Assembly (NCBI RefSeq): GCF_004010195.1
Contig: NC_057720.1
Location: forward strand, 15,578,430 to 15,642,429
Source: Chiloscyllium plagiosum
Taxonomy: Eukaryota
Direction: 5' to 3'
Length of the DNA stretch: 64,000 nucleotides
Under the pieces are notes generated by a model that ran no database searches, was not told the origin of the DNA, and worked only from the letters and a program-made list of their open reading frames with translations. A program made the translations under genes and the position numbers. This document shows positions 1 to 12,984 of the stretch, piece after piece (the stretch's first letter is position 1; each line of letters begins with the position of its first letter).

Positions 1-474
1 CTTGACTTCCTTACAAATATGGTGCACCAAAAGACCGCATTATTCCATAAAGTATGGCAGCCCTTCATGAATTGCACAAATACAGATATTTCGGCCATCC
101 TAACAAGGGCTTTTATTTAATTGAGATGGCGAACCTGGCGGTCCGGGGCCCCTTGGGAGAGGAATCCCGTATGAATACGGGTTGATGTTAATACATGTAT
201 CTCACTACCCAATTTCTGTGTTATCTGTTGTTTTTTTTTCTCTTCTTTGAATAATGTAAGAGACTTAATTATACACTATGGTTAGGTTGTAGGTTAGATT
301 AGTAGTTAGTTGAGTTTTGTTTTTTTTCTCTCGGTATCCTTTTTTTGTTTGATAAATTTTGGTTATTATTTATTTAAGATTTAATTGTATATCAATGTTT
401 ATATTTGGGATTTTTTATTTGTAAACTTGTAAAAATATGTTAAATTTTCAATAAAAATATCTACATAAAAAAAA
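1..474 (+). mobile_element. 3' end of an L1-clade LINE (ORF2 C-terminus, T-rich 3'UTR, polyA)
   Basis: Frame 1 (1-120) reads LDFLTNMVHQKTALFHKVWQPFMN...AFI*. FxKxWxPF is typical of non-mammalian L1 ORF2 ends. AATAAA at 450-455, A-run at 467-474. Confidence 0.75.
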
Positions 475-1710
475 GAGAGGCAGGAGCATTAAGGCCATGA
501 GTGTACCAATGGAAAAAGACCTGCTCTCCGCTAGGACATAGGATGTTCTGTCTTATCCCCGTCCAAATCTGTATGACACCATCAGGCTGGATAGAGTTTA
601 ATACAGTCTCCAACATTAACCCATTACTTTATATAACAATTTCCACCTGATTCACTATCTTACCCTGCACTGTGCAGTGACTATAAAGTGTACCTTCCGC
701 AAGATTGTTATGGACCACACCAAACCCGCTCAAAATACATAAAGAAAATGGCCTACACCACAACTTTCTCTTATTTTAAAGTCAATTGCCAGGTGTTTCA
801 TTCTGGATGTAACTTGACTTTTCAAGCTACCAGGTTTGAAGCAAAACACACTTTTTTCTTACCCCATTGTTAAAATACAACAAAAGAAAGAAGAAATTGG
901 AATAATTTAACTCTTTTAGAAAATTTAACAGAATGATACATTATTTAACTACTAAACAGCAACTGTTCCACTATAGTAACATCCCATAAATGCACCCTTG
1001 GCAAAAGGCAAATTCTGTAAAATAGACCGTCTCACAGGCAATTCTCCAGTTTAAGAGGAAAAACATCAAGAGAAAACTCAGAAAGAGAAAGAGAGATAGA
1101 GAGAGAAAGAGTAGGAGGGAAAGATATACTACTTCAAAACCCAGCAGCAATTACTACTGAGAAACTAAAACAAAAAATCCTGATTCTGTGGGAGCTTGAC
1201 CCCACCCATTCAGGCTGCTTCTATTGTTCCAACCTTAAAAAAGAATCCAAGGCCCCGCAAGCTGTTTACTTTATGGGCTTTGAAGCAGGACGATTGTCAC
1301 CTCTAATCTAAACCTTCCTTCATCAAAACAAAACTAGGAAAGAAGTAAAGCCATCGTATCATCACAAGATGCACTACAACAACGCACCACGGTCCTTTGG
1401 CCGCACCTCCTAAACACACGGAATCAACATACCTGGAAGGACAAGGCCAGCAGATGTAAAGGAGTGGTACCACTTGCAAGGCCCTCCCCAAGTCAGAAAC
1501 CATCCCGACGTGGAAAGATATTGATGTTCCTTCACTGTCGTGAGTCTAAATCCTGGACCTGCCTTCCTGCCAGTACTGTGGGTGTACTTATACTCCATGA
1601 ACTGTAACAGATTAAGAAGGCAGCTCACTATTACCTTCTCAAGGACAATTAAGGAGGAACGACGAACACTGACCAAACCAGCAACATGTACATCCTGTGA
1701 CCAAATTGAA
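475..1710 (+). mobile_element. Degenerate 3' fragment of the L2/CR1-like LINE family, split by a solo LTR
   Basis: Similar to the copies at 19490-20040 and 31500-32490 ('aagatgcact', 'gaaggcagctcac...ccttctcaagg' tail). Confidence 0.6.
706..1366. mobile_element. Solo LTR
   Basis: Termini TGTTA...TCACA with 4-bp TSD AGAT (702-705, 1367-1370). The host LINE sequence resumes across the insertion. Confidence 0.8.
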
Positions 1711-1824
1711 AAAGTAATGTCATTATACAGTCATCTCTGGGAAGGTAAAATAAAACTTATTTTTTCAAAATGATTCTGACATTCTTCTTATTCTTTCACC
1801 TATAATCCCCAACTGGTTTTTTAA

Positions 1825-2625
1825 ATTTGATTTGTCTTATTTTATTAAATGTACTGAGATAGTGAAATGTGTCGAACTGTGTGCTATCCAGATAAATCAT
1901 ACTTTACATAAGTACATCAGGGTAATAGAACAGAATGCAGAATATAGTGTTTCAGCTACAGAGAACAATGAACTCTAACATATGAGAGGTCTATTCATAA
2001 GTCTAATAACAACAGGGAAGAAGCTGTTCTTAAATATGTTTGCACATGTTTTCAAATTTTTATACCTTCTGCCCGATGGGACAGGGTGGAAGGGAGTCTA
2101 ACCAGGATGGGAGGGGGCTTTGATAATGTTGGCTGTTTTCCCGAGGCAGCCAGAAGTGTAGGTGGAGCTAAGGGATGGAAGGCTGGGTTTTGTGATGGAT
2201 TAGGCTGTGTTCACAACTCTCTGTGACTTTTAGCAGCCTCGGGCAGACCAGTTGCCATATCAAGCTGTGATGTACCTGATAGGATACCTTCTGTTTGCTT
2301 CTATAAAAATTAGTAGGAGTCATTGTGGACATGCCGAATTTCCTTCAGACAGCCTTCTGAGGAAATAGAGGCATTGGTGTGCTTTCTTGTCTGTAGTATC
2401 AATGTGGATGGACTAGGTCAGATTGTTGGTGATACTTCCTCCTAGGAACTTGAAGTACTCGACCACCTCCACCTCAGCACCACCGATACAGACAGGGGTG
2501 TATATTCCACTCCACTTCCTGAAGTGGATGACCAACTCCTTCAATTTGCTGACACTGAGGGTGAGATTGTTGTCTTTACACCATCCCACTAAGCTCTCGA
2601 CCTCCTTCTTGTTAAAGTAGACTGT
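1825..2625 (-). mobile_element. Rex1/Babar-like LINE, 3' fragment
   Basis: ORF 2413-2631 (WCKDNNLTLSVSKLKELVIHFRK...VEYFKFLG) is the C-terminal part of an RT. The 3' tail is shared with 26340 and 50580. Confidence 0.75.
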
Positions 2626-2846
2626 CATCATTTTGTATTGTCAATTGCAGATTTTGTTAATCTTTCAAAAATCGCTAGTTAATAAAATGAAGGAAAACGA
2701 AAAAAAATCAGACAGTCATCAATGTTGTCATCTGCACAACAGCAGCCTGTCACTAAATGGAACAAGAAACCTGAATTGTAGTAGTTGAATGGCATTGTTT
2801 GTCACTTCATTAGCCAACTGCAAGTTTCAAAGTTGCTGTCATGAGT

Positions 2847-3660
2847 TTAGTTCAGATAAATGCGAGGTGCTGCATTTTGGGAAAGCAAATCTTAGCAGGA
2901 CTTAGACACTTAATGGTAAGGTCCTAGGGAGTGTTGCTGAACAAGAAGACCTTGGAGTGCAGGTTCATAGCTCCTTGAAAGTGGAGTTGTGGGTAGATAG
3001 GATAGTGAAGAAGGCATTTGGTATGGTTTCCTTTATTGGTCAGAGTATTGCGTTTAGGAGTTGGGAGGTCATGTTGCGGCTGTACAGGACATTGGTTAGG
3101 CCACTGTTGGAATATTGCACGGAATTCTGGTCTCCTTCCTATCAGAAAGATATTGTGAAACTTGAAAGGGTTCAGAAAAGATTTACAAGGATGTTGCCAG
3201 GGTTGGAGGATTTGAGCTATAGGGAGAAGCTGAAAAGGCTGGGGCAGGTTTCCTTGGAGCGTCGGAGGCTGAGGGGCGACCTTATAGAGGTTTACAAAAT
3301 TATGAGGGGCATGGATAGGATAAATAGACAAAGTCTTTTCCCTGGGGCCAGGGAATCCAGAACTAGAGGGTATAGGTTTAGGGTGAGAGGGGAAAGATAT
3401 GAAAGAGACCTAAGGGGCAACTTTTTCACACAGAGGGTGGTGCGTGTATGGAATGAGCTGCCAGAGGAAGAGGTGGAGGCTAGTACAATTGCAACATTTA
3501 AAAGGCATTTGGATGAGTATATGAATAGGAATGGTTTGGAGCGACATGGGCCGGGTGCTGGCAGGTGGGACTAGATTGGGTTGGGATATCTGGTCGGCAT
3601 TGACGGGTTGGACCGAAGGGTCTGTTTCCACGCTGTACATCTCCATAACTCTTTTATGTT
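2847..3660 (+). mobile_element. CR1/HER1 LINE, 5'-truncated
   Basis: ORF 2957-3574 has CR1 ORF2 C-terminal motifs (LYRTLVRPLLEYC, LERVQKRFTRM, RRLRGDLIEVYKI, FFTQRVVRVWN) followed by the HER1-type tail 'ggaccgaagggtctgtttcc'. Confidence 0.95.
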
Positions 3661-3994
3661 TCATATTGGTTTCCGTTTGTTTTGTATGTTGGGATTGCTC
3701 TTGACCCTGTTTACGTGCTGAGCAACATCAATGTCAGGGCCGCAATTTCCTAGGCCTTGGCATGCTGTGTAAACCTATATGTTTGTGCAGATTATGATAA
3801 ATGGCTAGCAAAGCCATCCTTGCTTCTTGTAAACTGGGGAGAAAGGTTGCGTTTAAATTAATTTTTTTTGCAGCTTGCTGTTGCCCTGCAGCTTCACCCG
3901 TCAGGATTTCAGCTGGTTTCTGCATGTGAATGTAATGAAGCTATGCCTCCTGATGTCTATTTCTAACTATATGATAGACACTGCTTTAAAAATA

Positions 3995-4202
3995 CAGGGG
4001 GCTCCTCCATTTATGAATGTCCGACATGAGAACGTTTGTACTTACAAATGTGATCTCAAACAGGGGTGTAATTTTAAAGATTTAACATATGAACCTTTCC
4101 TGTACTCCTTTATATTATCCTGCATTCTGTACCAACTTGTGTACAAATCGACTAGCAAATGGACTCCAGGACAGAACCTATTCACAATCAGGGAAAGGCC
4201 TG
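3995..4202. mobile_element. TcMar/Tigger-like MITE
   Basis: TA|CAGGGG...GGCCTG|TG termini with degenerate subterminal inverted repeats. Confidence 0.55.
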
Positions 4203-5746
4203 TGCACTAAAATCTGTATCATAACATCACCTTTATTTGATTTGATTTGATTTATTATTGTCACATGTACCTAACTACAGTAAAAAGGTTTGTTTTGTGT
4301 GCACTACCACAGATTGTAACAGACAAAGACACAAAGATCACGGGGTGATTGAACAGAGTGAAGAATGCAAAGTTACAGCTCCAAAGGTGTACAAAAATCA
4401 AGACCAACTTTAATGATGGAAGATTCAGTCTCAAATGTGTACATTCAAATAATACTTCTCACTGGTCAAAATTTATGAGTTAATCATCATAAGGGTGTTG
4501 GCTCATGTTCCTGCTTTCCCCTCCTGTGTACAGAAGGTCATCATTAGGCACAGTGTAACTTTTTTACATTTGTCCAACAATACAACTAAACAGCTGAACC
4601 TCACAAGGGGTATTATCCACTTCAACATTGAAGGCTTTTCTCAGTTTGATAATTTTGTCAAAAACAAAAGCATAGAAGAGGGATTACAACCATTCCTCAT
4701 GTCACCTTTCCTACTTGATGTTTTAGTATTTGAGTACATTTGAGATAGTTTCTATATGTGACTGAGATTGTAGAATTTTATGAAGGTGTAGTGATTACAA
4801 ATTTGGGCTTGGTATAGCCATGGATGCTAGCAATTGTGAAGTCCTGATGAAGGAAAATAGTGTTCTTCCATGATCTCTTCTAGTGCAGCCTGTGTGTGTT
4901 TTCTCAAACTGGGAAAGGTATGAGTACAAATCTGCTTTGCCTGTGCTAGAAAGATGGAAAAAAAGACTTGTATTTATCTTGTACTTTTTGCAATCACTGG
5001 ACATCTCAAAGTAGTAATGGAAGCAGACTCAGTAGCAGCATTTAAGAAGCACCTGGATATGAATATGAAGAGAATAGAGGTAAGTGAAGACAGTTTTAGT
5101 ATGGAAGGACAAAATGTGTCGGTGCAGGCTTGGAGGGCTGAAGGGCCTGTTCCTGTGCTGTATTGTTCTTTCTTTTTTCTTCTTCAGGGGCTGCACCATG
5201 GTTAATGAAATGTGGCAGAGGGGCCTACAGATGGCCTCGCAGGAGATCCAGCCCTAGCTCCATGCAGCTCTGAATGAAGATCCATCCTCAAGCTTCACCA
5301 TCTCAGCATGGCTAACTGACAGGCCCCATCGAGGGCGCGTGTGGATTGACAATGATGGTAGCATGAATCTTGAGAGAGGACAGGACTTCCATGGAGCCAT
5401 TTCAACTCCCCATGGGGGAGGCCCTGAACGATCCGAAACATGATGTGCAGACGTCTTGGTGTTTCTGAGGGATTTATGAGGGCCAGGTTTTTATGAGATA
5501 CCATGACTCTTCCTACTTTTAGACTCCAGTGAATACAGTCCTAACTGATCCAGTCTCTCTTTATCCATCAGTCCTGCAACCCAAGAATCAGTTTGGTAAA
5601 CATTTGTTGCATTCCCTCCACAGCCAAAACATCCTTCCTCAGATAAGGAGACCAATACTGCACACAATACTCCAGGGTGGTCTCAGCAAGGTCCTGTGCA
5701 GGATGATTAGATAATACTCAACGGTAGTAGTTACAGATATCAACGT

Positions 5747-5947
5747 GGAAAAATGTGGTGCTGGAAAAACACAGCAGGCCCGGCAGCATCCGAGGAGCAG
5801 GAGAATCGCCGTTTCGGGCATAAGCCCTACTTCCGCCCGAAACGTCGATTCTCCTGCTCCTCGGATGCTGCCTGGCCTGCGGTGTTTTTCCAGCACCACA
5901 TTTTTCAACTCTGGTACTCCAGCATCTGCAGTCCTCACTTTCTCCTA
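5747..5947. mobile_element. Palindromic PLE terminal-repeat mini-element
   Basis: About 85-bp near-perfect inverted arms plus a 3' tail 'ctccagcatctgcagtcctcactttctcc'. Flanked by 14-bp TSD acagatatcaacgt. Confidence 0.85.
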
Positions 5948-7479
5948 ACAGATATCAACGTCTCAGCTTCTAAACTGCTCTCATAAACGTTATGTGGTTC
6001 ATTAGACACGCATACTCTAAGAATTTTCCCTTCCAACAGCCTAATAATAAAAAAGGCATACTTGGGAAAGTGCTAAGTTTCAGACAGAAATTGCACTAAG
6101 AATTCAGTATTTTATGTCTTTTTCCTCAGTGCTAAGTCCATTTTTAGCTACAAAAGTCACTGGGGCAACATACTTAGAAAGATGAAAAATTCTGTTTAAA
6201 CTAGACTGACTGGTGGGAATATTTCCTGTCTAATTACAGCAAAAGTATTGTATTACCATCATTCCTAAGGCAGCAAAATATTTTTTCCATTGTTATTCAG
6301 GTTGTTGTATTGTAATGAGTCAATTGTCATTCTATCAAACTATATGGTTTTTTTTTCAAAATGACAGCTGTCACAAACTATATAATGAAATAAATTATTG
6401 TGAACAAAGATATATTGTACGCGGAATATTTAAATACTGTGATGTTTAATGTCTTAATAAATAAACAAAAATTAGACCATTAATATAGAGCATGGGAAAC
6501 CAGCCCTCAAGGAATGTAAGCACTGTCAGCTCTAAGGCTATTGAAAGGCTGACCTTGCTATACCTAAAGCATAAGTGATAAAATATCATGCTTGGGCTGG
6601 ACTACTTGCTTTCAGAAGCCAACTCAAAGTGTTTACCTTCTCCTGCTCAATGCTGACAGGAATTACTGGCTTTTGTAGCATTCTCCGTGGATGTGGCATG
6701 TTTGACATGTGCTAATTCTCCCAGTGTTCTGGCTGTTGAAAGCCCCCCAGAACCTCCGGGGTTAGAGGTGAGCAGAACAGAGGTTAGTAGAACAGCTGTA
6801 ATTGTCTTCACTGCTTTAGTTAACAACTGCTTGCTTCCATCAGCACTTGCAAGGATGTCTTGTATCATCAGTCACACACATGTACAACAAGACCCCGAGC
6901 ATTTTCAATACTCATTGTTCATGCACAGCTTTTTATTTTTCTTGGCAATGTTAACATCATTTTGAATGTTCAAGAAAATTGAGTAATTTAATATAATTTA
7001 TAGCAAGCTTTCTGTGTGACCCAATAACAAAATGATTTTATGGTATCATCTGTTCTGCAAACACAGACTTTCAAGGGTCCCTTCAAGTGCAAATTTTCAG
7101 TGCACCTTCAAGTACCTGACAAAGGTTTGTTTAGAATGGTGGAAAGCCATAAGCACAGACAAACATCACCATAGCGCCTCCATTTTTGCAATTTAGGCTT
7201 ATCCTTGATAAAGACAAACTGGATTGGATTGATTGTGGCCAGTGATAAGAGCCAAAAAATAGTTAGTACATTATAAATTAGCCAGGGAATAGTGAGTATG
7301 GTGGTCATATAATTTTTAAATGTCCCAATAATCTATATTTTATCATCGTATTTGTTCACTTTTAATTTATTTCCAATCGTCTCTTTTCCACTCATCTTCA
7401 TGTTGTTGAAAAAGTGATACTGTTCAAGATTAACATTCTCTGGGGTCTCTGATGTGGGAGAGACTCTGAGCTGAGGGCA

Positions 7480-8385
7480 TTTTTGATTTGTTTTATTACT
7501 GCCACTTGTACCTAGGTACAGTGAAAAGTTTGTTTTTCATGCAGTGCAGGCAGATCATACCATACAAAGTGCATTAGGGTAATAGGACAGAGCAAAGAAT
7601 ATAACACTACGGCTGCAGAGAATGTGCACAAAGATCAAGGTCAACATTAAATTTGAAATTTGAGAGGTCCATTCATAAATCTAATAACAGTGGGGAAGAA
7701 ACTGTTCTTGAACCTGTTAGTACATCCTACTCGCAGAGCACTTCAGAGAACATCTCCGGGACACCCACACCACTCAACCCCACTGCCCATGGCCGAACAC
7801 TTCAACTCCCCTTCCACTCTGCTGAGAACGTGCAGGTCCTGGGCCTCCTCCATCACCATTCCCTTACCACCCGACGCCTGGAGGAAGAACGCCTCATCTT
7901 CTGCCTTGGGACACTCCAACCCTGTGGCATCAATGTGGATTTCACCAGTTTCCTCATTTCCCCCCCCCCTCCAGTTCCAACCTTCCAGTTCAGCACCACC
8001 CCATGACCTGTCCTACCTGTCCAGCTTCCTTCCCACCTATCCACTCCATCCTCGTCTCTGACATATCACCATTACCCCCACCTCCATCCACCTATTGCAC
8101 TCTCAGCTTCCTTCCCCCCAGCCCCACCCCCATCCCATTTATCTCTTCACCCCCGAGGCTCCCAGCCTCATTCTTGATGAAGGGCTTTTGCCCGAAACAT
8201 CGATTCTCCTGCTCCTCAGATGCTGCCTGGCCTGCTGTGCATTTCCAGCACCACACTCTTGACTCTAATCTCCAGCATCTACAGTCCTCACTTTCCCCCT
8301 GTTGGTACATGTATTTAAGCTTTTGCATCTTCTGCCTGATGGAAGAGGGTGGAAGAGATTCTAACTTGGGTGGGAGGGGTGTTGA
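7480..8385 (-). mobile_element. Rex1/Babar-like LINE 3' end, split by a PLE
   Basis: Tail 'ttattactgccacttgtacc...cagtgaaaag'. The sequence continues after the PLE insertion at 8298. Confidence 0.65.
7726..8297 (+). mobile_element. Penelope-like element, 5'-truncated (GIY-YIG C-terminus plus terminal repeat)
   Basis: Peptides AEHFNSPS and RRLEEERLIFCLGTLQPCGINVDF. TSD cctgtt(a/g)gtacat at 7713-7725 and 8298-8310. Degenerate hammerhead core at 8174-8198. Confidence 0.9.
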
Positions 8386-10549
8386 TGATGGCATGATCCC
8401 AGAGTATAGTGTTGCCCATTTCAGACAGAGATTGAGGTGGAATTTCCTCTCACAGCAGATAGTGAATTTGTGGAATGCTATTGAGTATATTCAAGGCTGA
8501 GGGAGACAGATTTTTCAATCAGTTAATGGAACCAAGGGTTATGGGGAAAAGGCAGAAGAGAATTATCAGATCAACCATGACCTCACTGAACAGTGGATCA
8601 GATTTGATGGGATGAAAGTCCGCTGGCAATATAACCTTTGGCTCATGGACCAAGTGATATTTGCTTCTGTGGGTGACTGAACTTGAAAATGAGTTGAAAA
8701 TAGTGTACCAGCAAGTGACAGGAAAAGCAGAGCTCAGGTAATCAATGGATAAGTTTCCCAAAACTGCAAAACCTTGTCGTAAGCAGGTTGCTTTTGAGGT
8801 GATTGTGGATGCCTTCATTGTCTGTAAAGCCATTGGAAAGTTAATGCCTGACACATGTATTGCTGCTGGACATGAACTCTCGCAAGTAAATATCTGGCAT
8901 TAGGGCTCTAGCATACAAACGCATTTTGCCCACGTGGTGCAGGTTGTAAGGTAAACACGTCCCGCTGCTCTGATTTTACATCCTGTCACATTAATGTTTC
9001 AGAGCACTCAATATAAATATTAAAACTAATAGCTTCATTCTTCAGCTATTACTCCATCATTCCCTGAAATCATCATAAAACATTCAAAGCCTTTTAGAAC
9101 ATTTACACACTTGAATCTGATGGCAGGGAGAAAAGATTGCCAGGATGTAGCTCAAAATCCTAAATAAGACTGAAAAGCTGTTTATAGAATATGCTTTATT
9201 TATTCATCGTTTCAAAGTAGGGTTCAATTTTGATGTAAAAAATAATCAAAGTATGGCTGTCAAGGGAAAAAGCTGAACATGGTTCTTCCCACACAGAAGG
9301 TTTGTAGGAAGAGCAGAGTCCATGAGAATCTTAGTCCAAGGTCGATGAATCTCAGGACCATGAGTACGTAAACAGCTAATGGATTGTAAAGACACATAGC
9401 AGCGTTATGAATTTTTAAAGAGAACCTCTTCAGCAGAGACCTCTATAAATCAATGATGACTTATTGGCCAGATCAATTATGCAAACTTTAAAACATTTAA
9501 TGACAGATAATGAAGAGTCTCTGGAGACCACGGTCCACACTATTTTTTTTCTCCTCCAGAACAAAAACTTAAGACTGTACAGGGCTTGGGGCTTGGAGCT
9601 TTGTCCAGGTAAAGGATCACACAGCATTGAACACAGTGAAGGCATGTGACCCACAATAAGGCCAGACTGCTTACCAGTAGATGTGCTTTCGAAAGTTTTC
9701 CTTAGCTGGTCATGGCAGCGGAAAATACCCTGCTGTTAAACACATCTGCAATCCACTAGTCTCCCAATCCACTTACAGAATTTCTGACCTTTCAAGAAAT
9801 GATGGAGAAAGTCGTGATTTTTAGTTCCTTGCTACTGACGCTTGGTCTATATTAAGCTCGCAGGCAATAAGAGCCCCCTTTCATTCTATATTTGATTTCA
9901 ATTTCAAGCCTGGTTTTCATTGACTGTTAGAAACCCCTTCAGCACTTCACTCTGCAAATCACTTGAAGCAAGCTCTTATTAATTTGGATTTGCAGATGAC
10001 ACACACATTTCTTTACTAGTGTCAGTTAAAACGGTTTGCGAAGCTAAGGCAAAAGGCTGCTGGATTTACAGGCTACCAACTGTTGCTATCCCAAATTTCC
10101 ATTCTGTCACACATGAACCTCTAGATTGGGAGCCACTGGTTTGAGCTTCAGCGCACATTATTCAGAACACCGGTACGGATTCCTTTGTTCCAACATTCAC
10201 ATTTTGGAATGTGCAGTGAGAACACTTTCACCAAAAGAAGAAGCAAGATAGACCTGCCTATACAAGCCACCTTTCAAAGTTGAAGTCACTTTTCCAATCA
10301 ATGAAACACTGTAGAATACTGTCACTGACGTAAAGCAGCGAACTTGGCAAGTCAACGTGCAGCCAGCAAACATACCCATGAGCCACTGGGTGAAGTCTTA
10401 CAGGGGTCTGTACTGGGAATTCAGTTTTTAACAAGTTACATCAATGATTTAGATGGGGCGTGTGGGGGAAGCGGAGGGGGCACAGGTTTGTTGAAGGCAA
10501 CATAAATACATTTTCATACAACGCAAAGGCAGATAGGAAATTATTTAAA

Positions 10550-10860
10550 TTCATTCATAAGATGAGGGCGTCGCAGGCCAGGCCATCATTTATTGCTGAG
10601 ATGGCAGTTGAGAGTCAACATTTTAGTTGTGGGTCTGGAGTCACATGTAGGCCAGACCATGTAAGGATGGCAGTTTCGTTCCCAAAACGACGTGAGTGAA
10701 CCAGGTGGATTCATGGTCATCATTAGACCCATAATTCTACATTTTTATTGAATTTAAATTCCACCATATGCTATGGCAGGATTTGAACCCAGGTCCCCAA
10801 AATATTACCTGTGTTTCGGGATTAATGGTCCAATGATAATACTATTAGGCTATTAACTCT
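10550..10860 (-). mobile_element. tRNA-headed SINE with L2/CR1-like tail
   Basis: Reverse complement of the family at 42330-42820. Confidence 0.7.
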
Positions 10861-11531
10861 TGCAAAGCATGACAACATGAACAACATGAGGAGTTTGCAA
10901 AGGGATAGAGATAGGTTGAGCGAGTAGGCAAACATCTGATGGATGGAGTATTATGAGGCAAAATGTAAAGTTGTTCACCATAGCAGGAAGAATATTAAAG
11001 CTTAAAAGTAAGAATTCTTAAGAATATGAAGAGAAATATTAATTATATGGAGAGTGACAGAGCAATCTAGGTGTTCCAGAGACTGATCTACAGAGTATGC
11101 AGGTACAACAAGTGATTAAAAAGCTAATGGAATGCTATCTTTTATTATGAGATTTGAACTTAAAAGTAATGATGTTATGCTTCAGTTACATAGGGCATTG
11201 GTGAGATTAAGTCTCAAACGTTGTGCGCAGTTTTGTTTTGTCTATTAAAAATGAATGTAAATGCATTAGAGGCAGTTCATAGGAGGTTTATGAAACTGAT
11301 ATTAGGAGCAAGTGGGTCACCTTATGAAGGAAGGTTGAACAAGGTGAACATATTTCCACTGGAGTGGCAGGATCACCAGACCCGAAATGTTAACTTTGAT
11401 TTCTCTGCACAGATGCTGCCAGACCTGCTGAGCTTTTCCAGCAACTTCTGTCTCTGTTTTTTTGTTTCTGCTAGAATTTAGAAGAGTGAAGTGCTCAAGA
11501 CCCTGAACAGCCTTGACAGCACAAAAATGAC

Positions 11532-12631
11532 GGACTGGATTTTCTGAAGAGGGGCAATCTCGTTCAGATTGCTACTCCAGCCCTTCTTTTTGCCAAACGG
11601 AGAGGGGTCCGCATTTAGGAGAGGAGATTGTGCTTGAGCCCCCCCTTAGAAACACAGCGCTGTACGTCCATCCTGACAGCTGTCTCACTGAAGGAGGCAG
11701 ACCATGGGTCCTCTTCAGCCTCTGTGTTCAGAAACTTAAAGGTCCACAATCACAGCCGCTGTCAAATGGCAGGGCGGTAATGTCCCTACCTCTGAGTTAG
11801 GAAGCCTGGGGTCAAGTCCCACCTGCTGCAGAGTCTCTGAACAGGTTGGTTGGAAATTATCTCGAAGATGCTAGGTTAGGGTGCCAAGAGGGTACGGTGA
11901 TAGGCTGGTCAGGTAGGATGCCAGGTGTGATAGGGTGACAAGTGAGTGGAGGGTAAGGGTCAGATGCCAAGTAGGTTGGGGGTAGTGTTGTAAAGGTGAA
12001 TGTGCCTGGTGATTGATGCAATGCTTTGGTTCGGTTGGGTGGGTGGGAGATATTGGGTCCAATAAAGGGCAATGGAAGGTGGGTGTCAGGTGGGAGGAAG
12101 TTGGTTGGAGAGGTAGATCCAGTCCAGAGTGGAAAAGAGTGGGTGGTGGAAATGTTTGGGTGTGATTGGAGGAAGTGGGAGTCACGGATCTGGAGTGGTG
12201 GGGTTGGGGTGGTCGCAACAGATCAGATTTGGAGTGTCACAAGCGAGGTACTGGAGCAGGGGACTGTCAGATCTGAATGGGGCAGGGGTCTTGGGGCCTG
12301 GGAGTAGAGAGTGAATTGTCAGGTTGGGGTCTGGGAGGTTTTAACAGTCTGGGGGAGGTGTAGTTGAAGGTGGGATGGTGGCAGATGTGGGGGGCAGTCA
12401 AAAGGTTGCTCATTTAATAGTCTAACTTGTCCTGAGCAACTAATTTTGTTGGAACCCTCTGAATTCTTGAATTTAATTGATACTTCCAGAGGGTTTCAAT
12501 ATTGGGGAATTGCCCAGTAGAACCTTAAATTTCTCAGACAATTCCTTAGCAGTTTGCTAGAATAAATTGCCACGTGTAACCTACTCCCTTGCTGAGCTAA
12601 ACCACTGTCTGGTCAACAGAAAATCTGGACT
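11532..12631. mobile_element. Non-autonomous Harbinger-like DNA element with G-rich interior
   Basis: Inverted termini GGACTGGATTTTCTG and CAGAAAATCTGGACT. It interrupts the CR1 fragment. TSD unclear. Confidence 0.5.
11765..11860 (+). mobile_element. Short tRNA-like SINE (second copy at 54250-54360)
   Basis: A-box-like 'ggcagggcggtaatg' and B-box-like 'gggtcaagtccc'. Similar to 54250-54360. Confidence 0.55.
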
Positions 12632-12984
12632 GGAGCTTCATCTTGTGGATAAGTCCTGAACTAGGGGTCAATGTTTCAATGTTAAAGGATGAACTTGCTT
12701 TTCTGTCAGAGAATTGTGCAACTTAGGAACTCTCTTCCTCAGAAGACAGTGGAGGAGGGGGCGATTGAATATTTTTAAGACAGACAGAGGTGGATTCCAA
12801 AAGTGAGAGCCAAAAGTCATCAGGATAGATAGGAATGTGGAATTCAAAAGCGAAACAGATAAGCCATGATCTGATTGAATGATGGAGCAGGTTTGAAGGG
12901 CTGAATGGTCTTAAATGCTCCTATTTCTTATCATTGTATCAACTGAAAGAAATGAGGATGATTGTGACATTGTTCAGAACATTA

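Larger units (their letters stand above)
10865..12930 (+). mobile_element. Old CR1 3' fragment interrupted by a PLE tail (about 11365-11465) and a DNA-transposon-like insert
   Basis: ORF 11221 peptide (ALEAVHRRFMKLILG...YEGRLN). The CR1 3'UTR resumes after 12631. Confidence 0.65.

Noticed and set aside
5747..5915. pre-miRNA or DNA-transposon MITE hairpin
   Set aside because: The arms match PLE terminal repeats, and the asymmetric tail and 14-bp TSD indicate a PLE origin.
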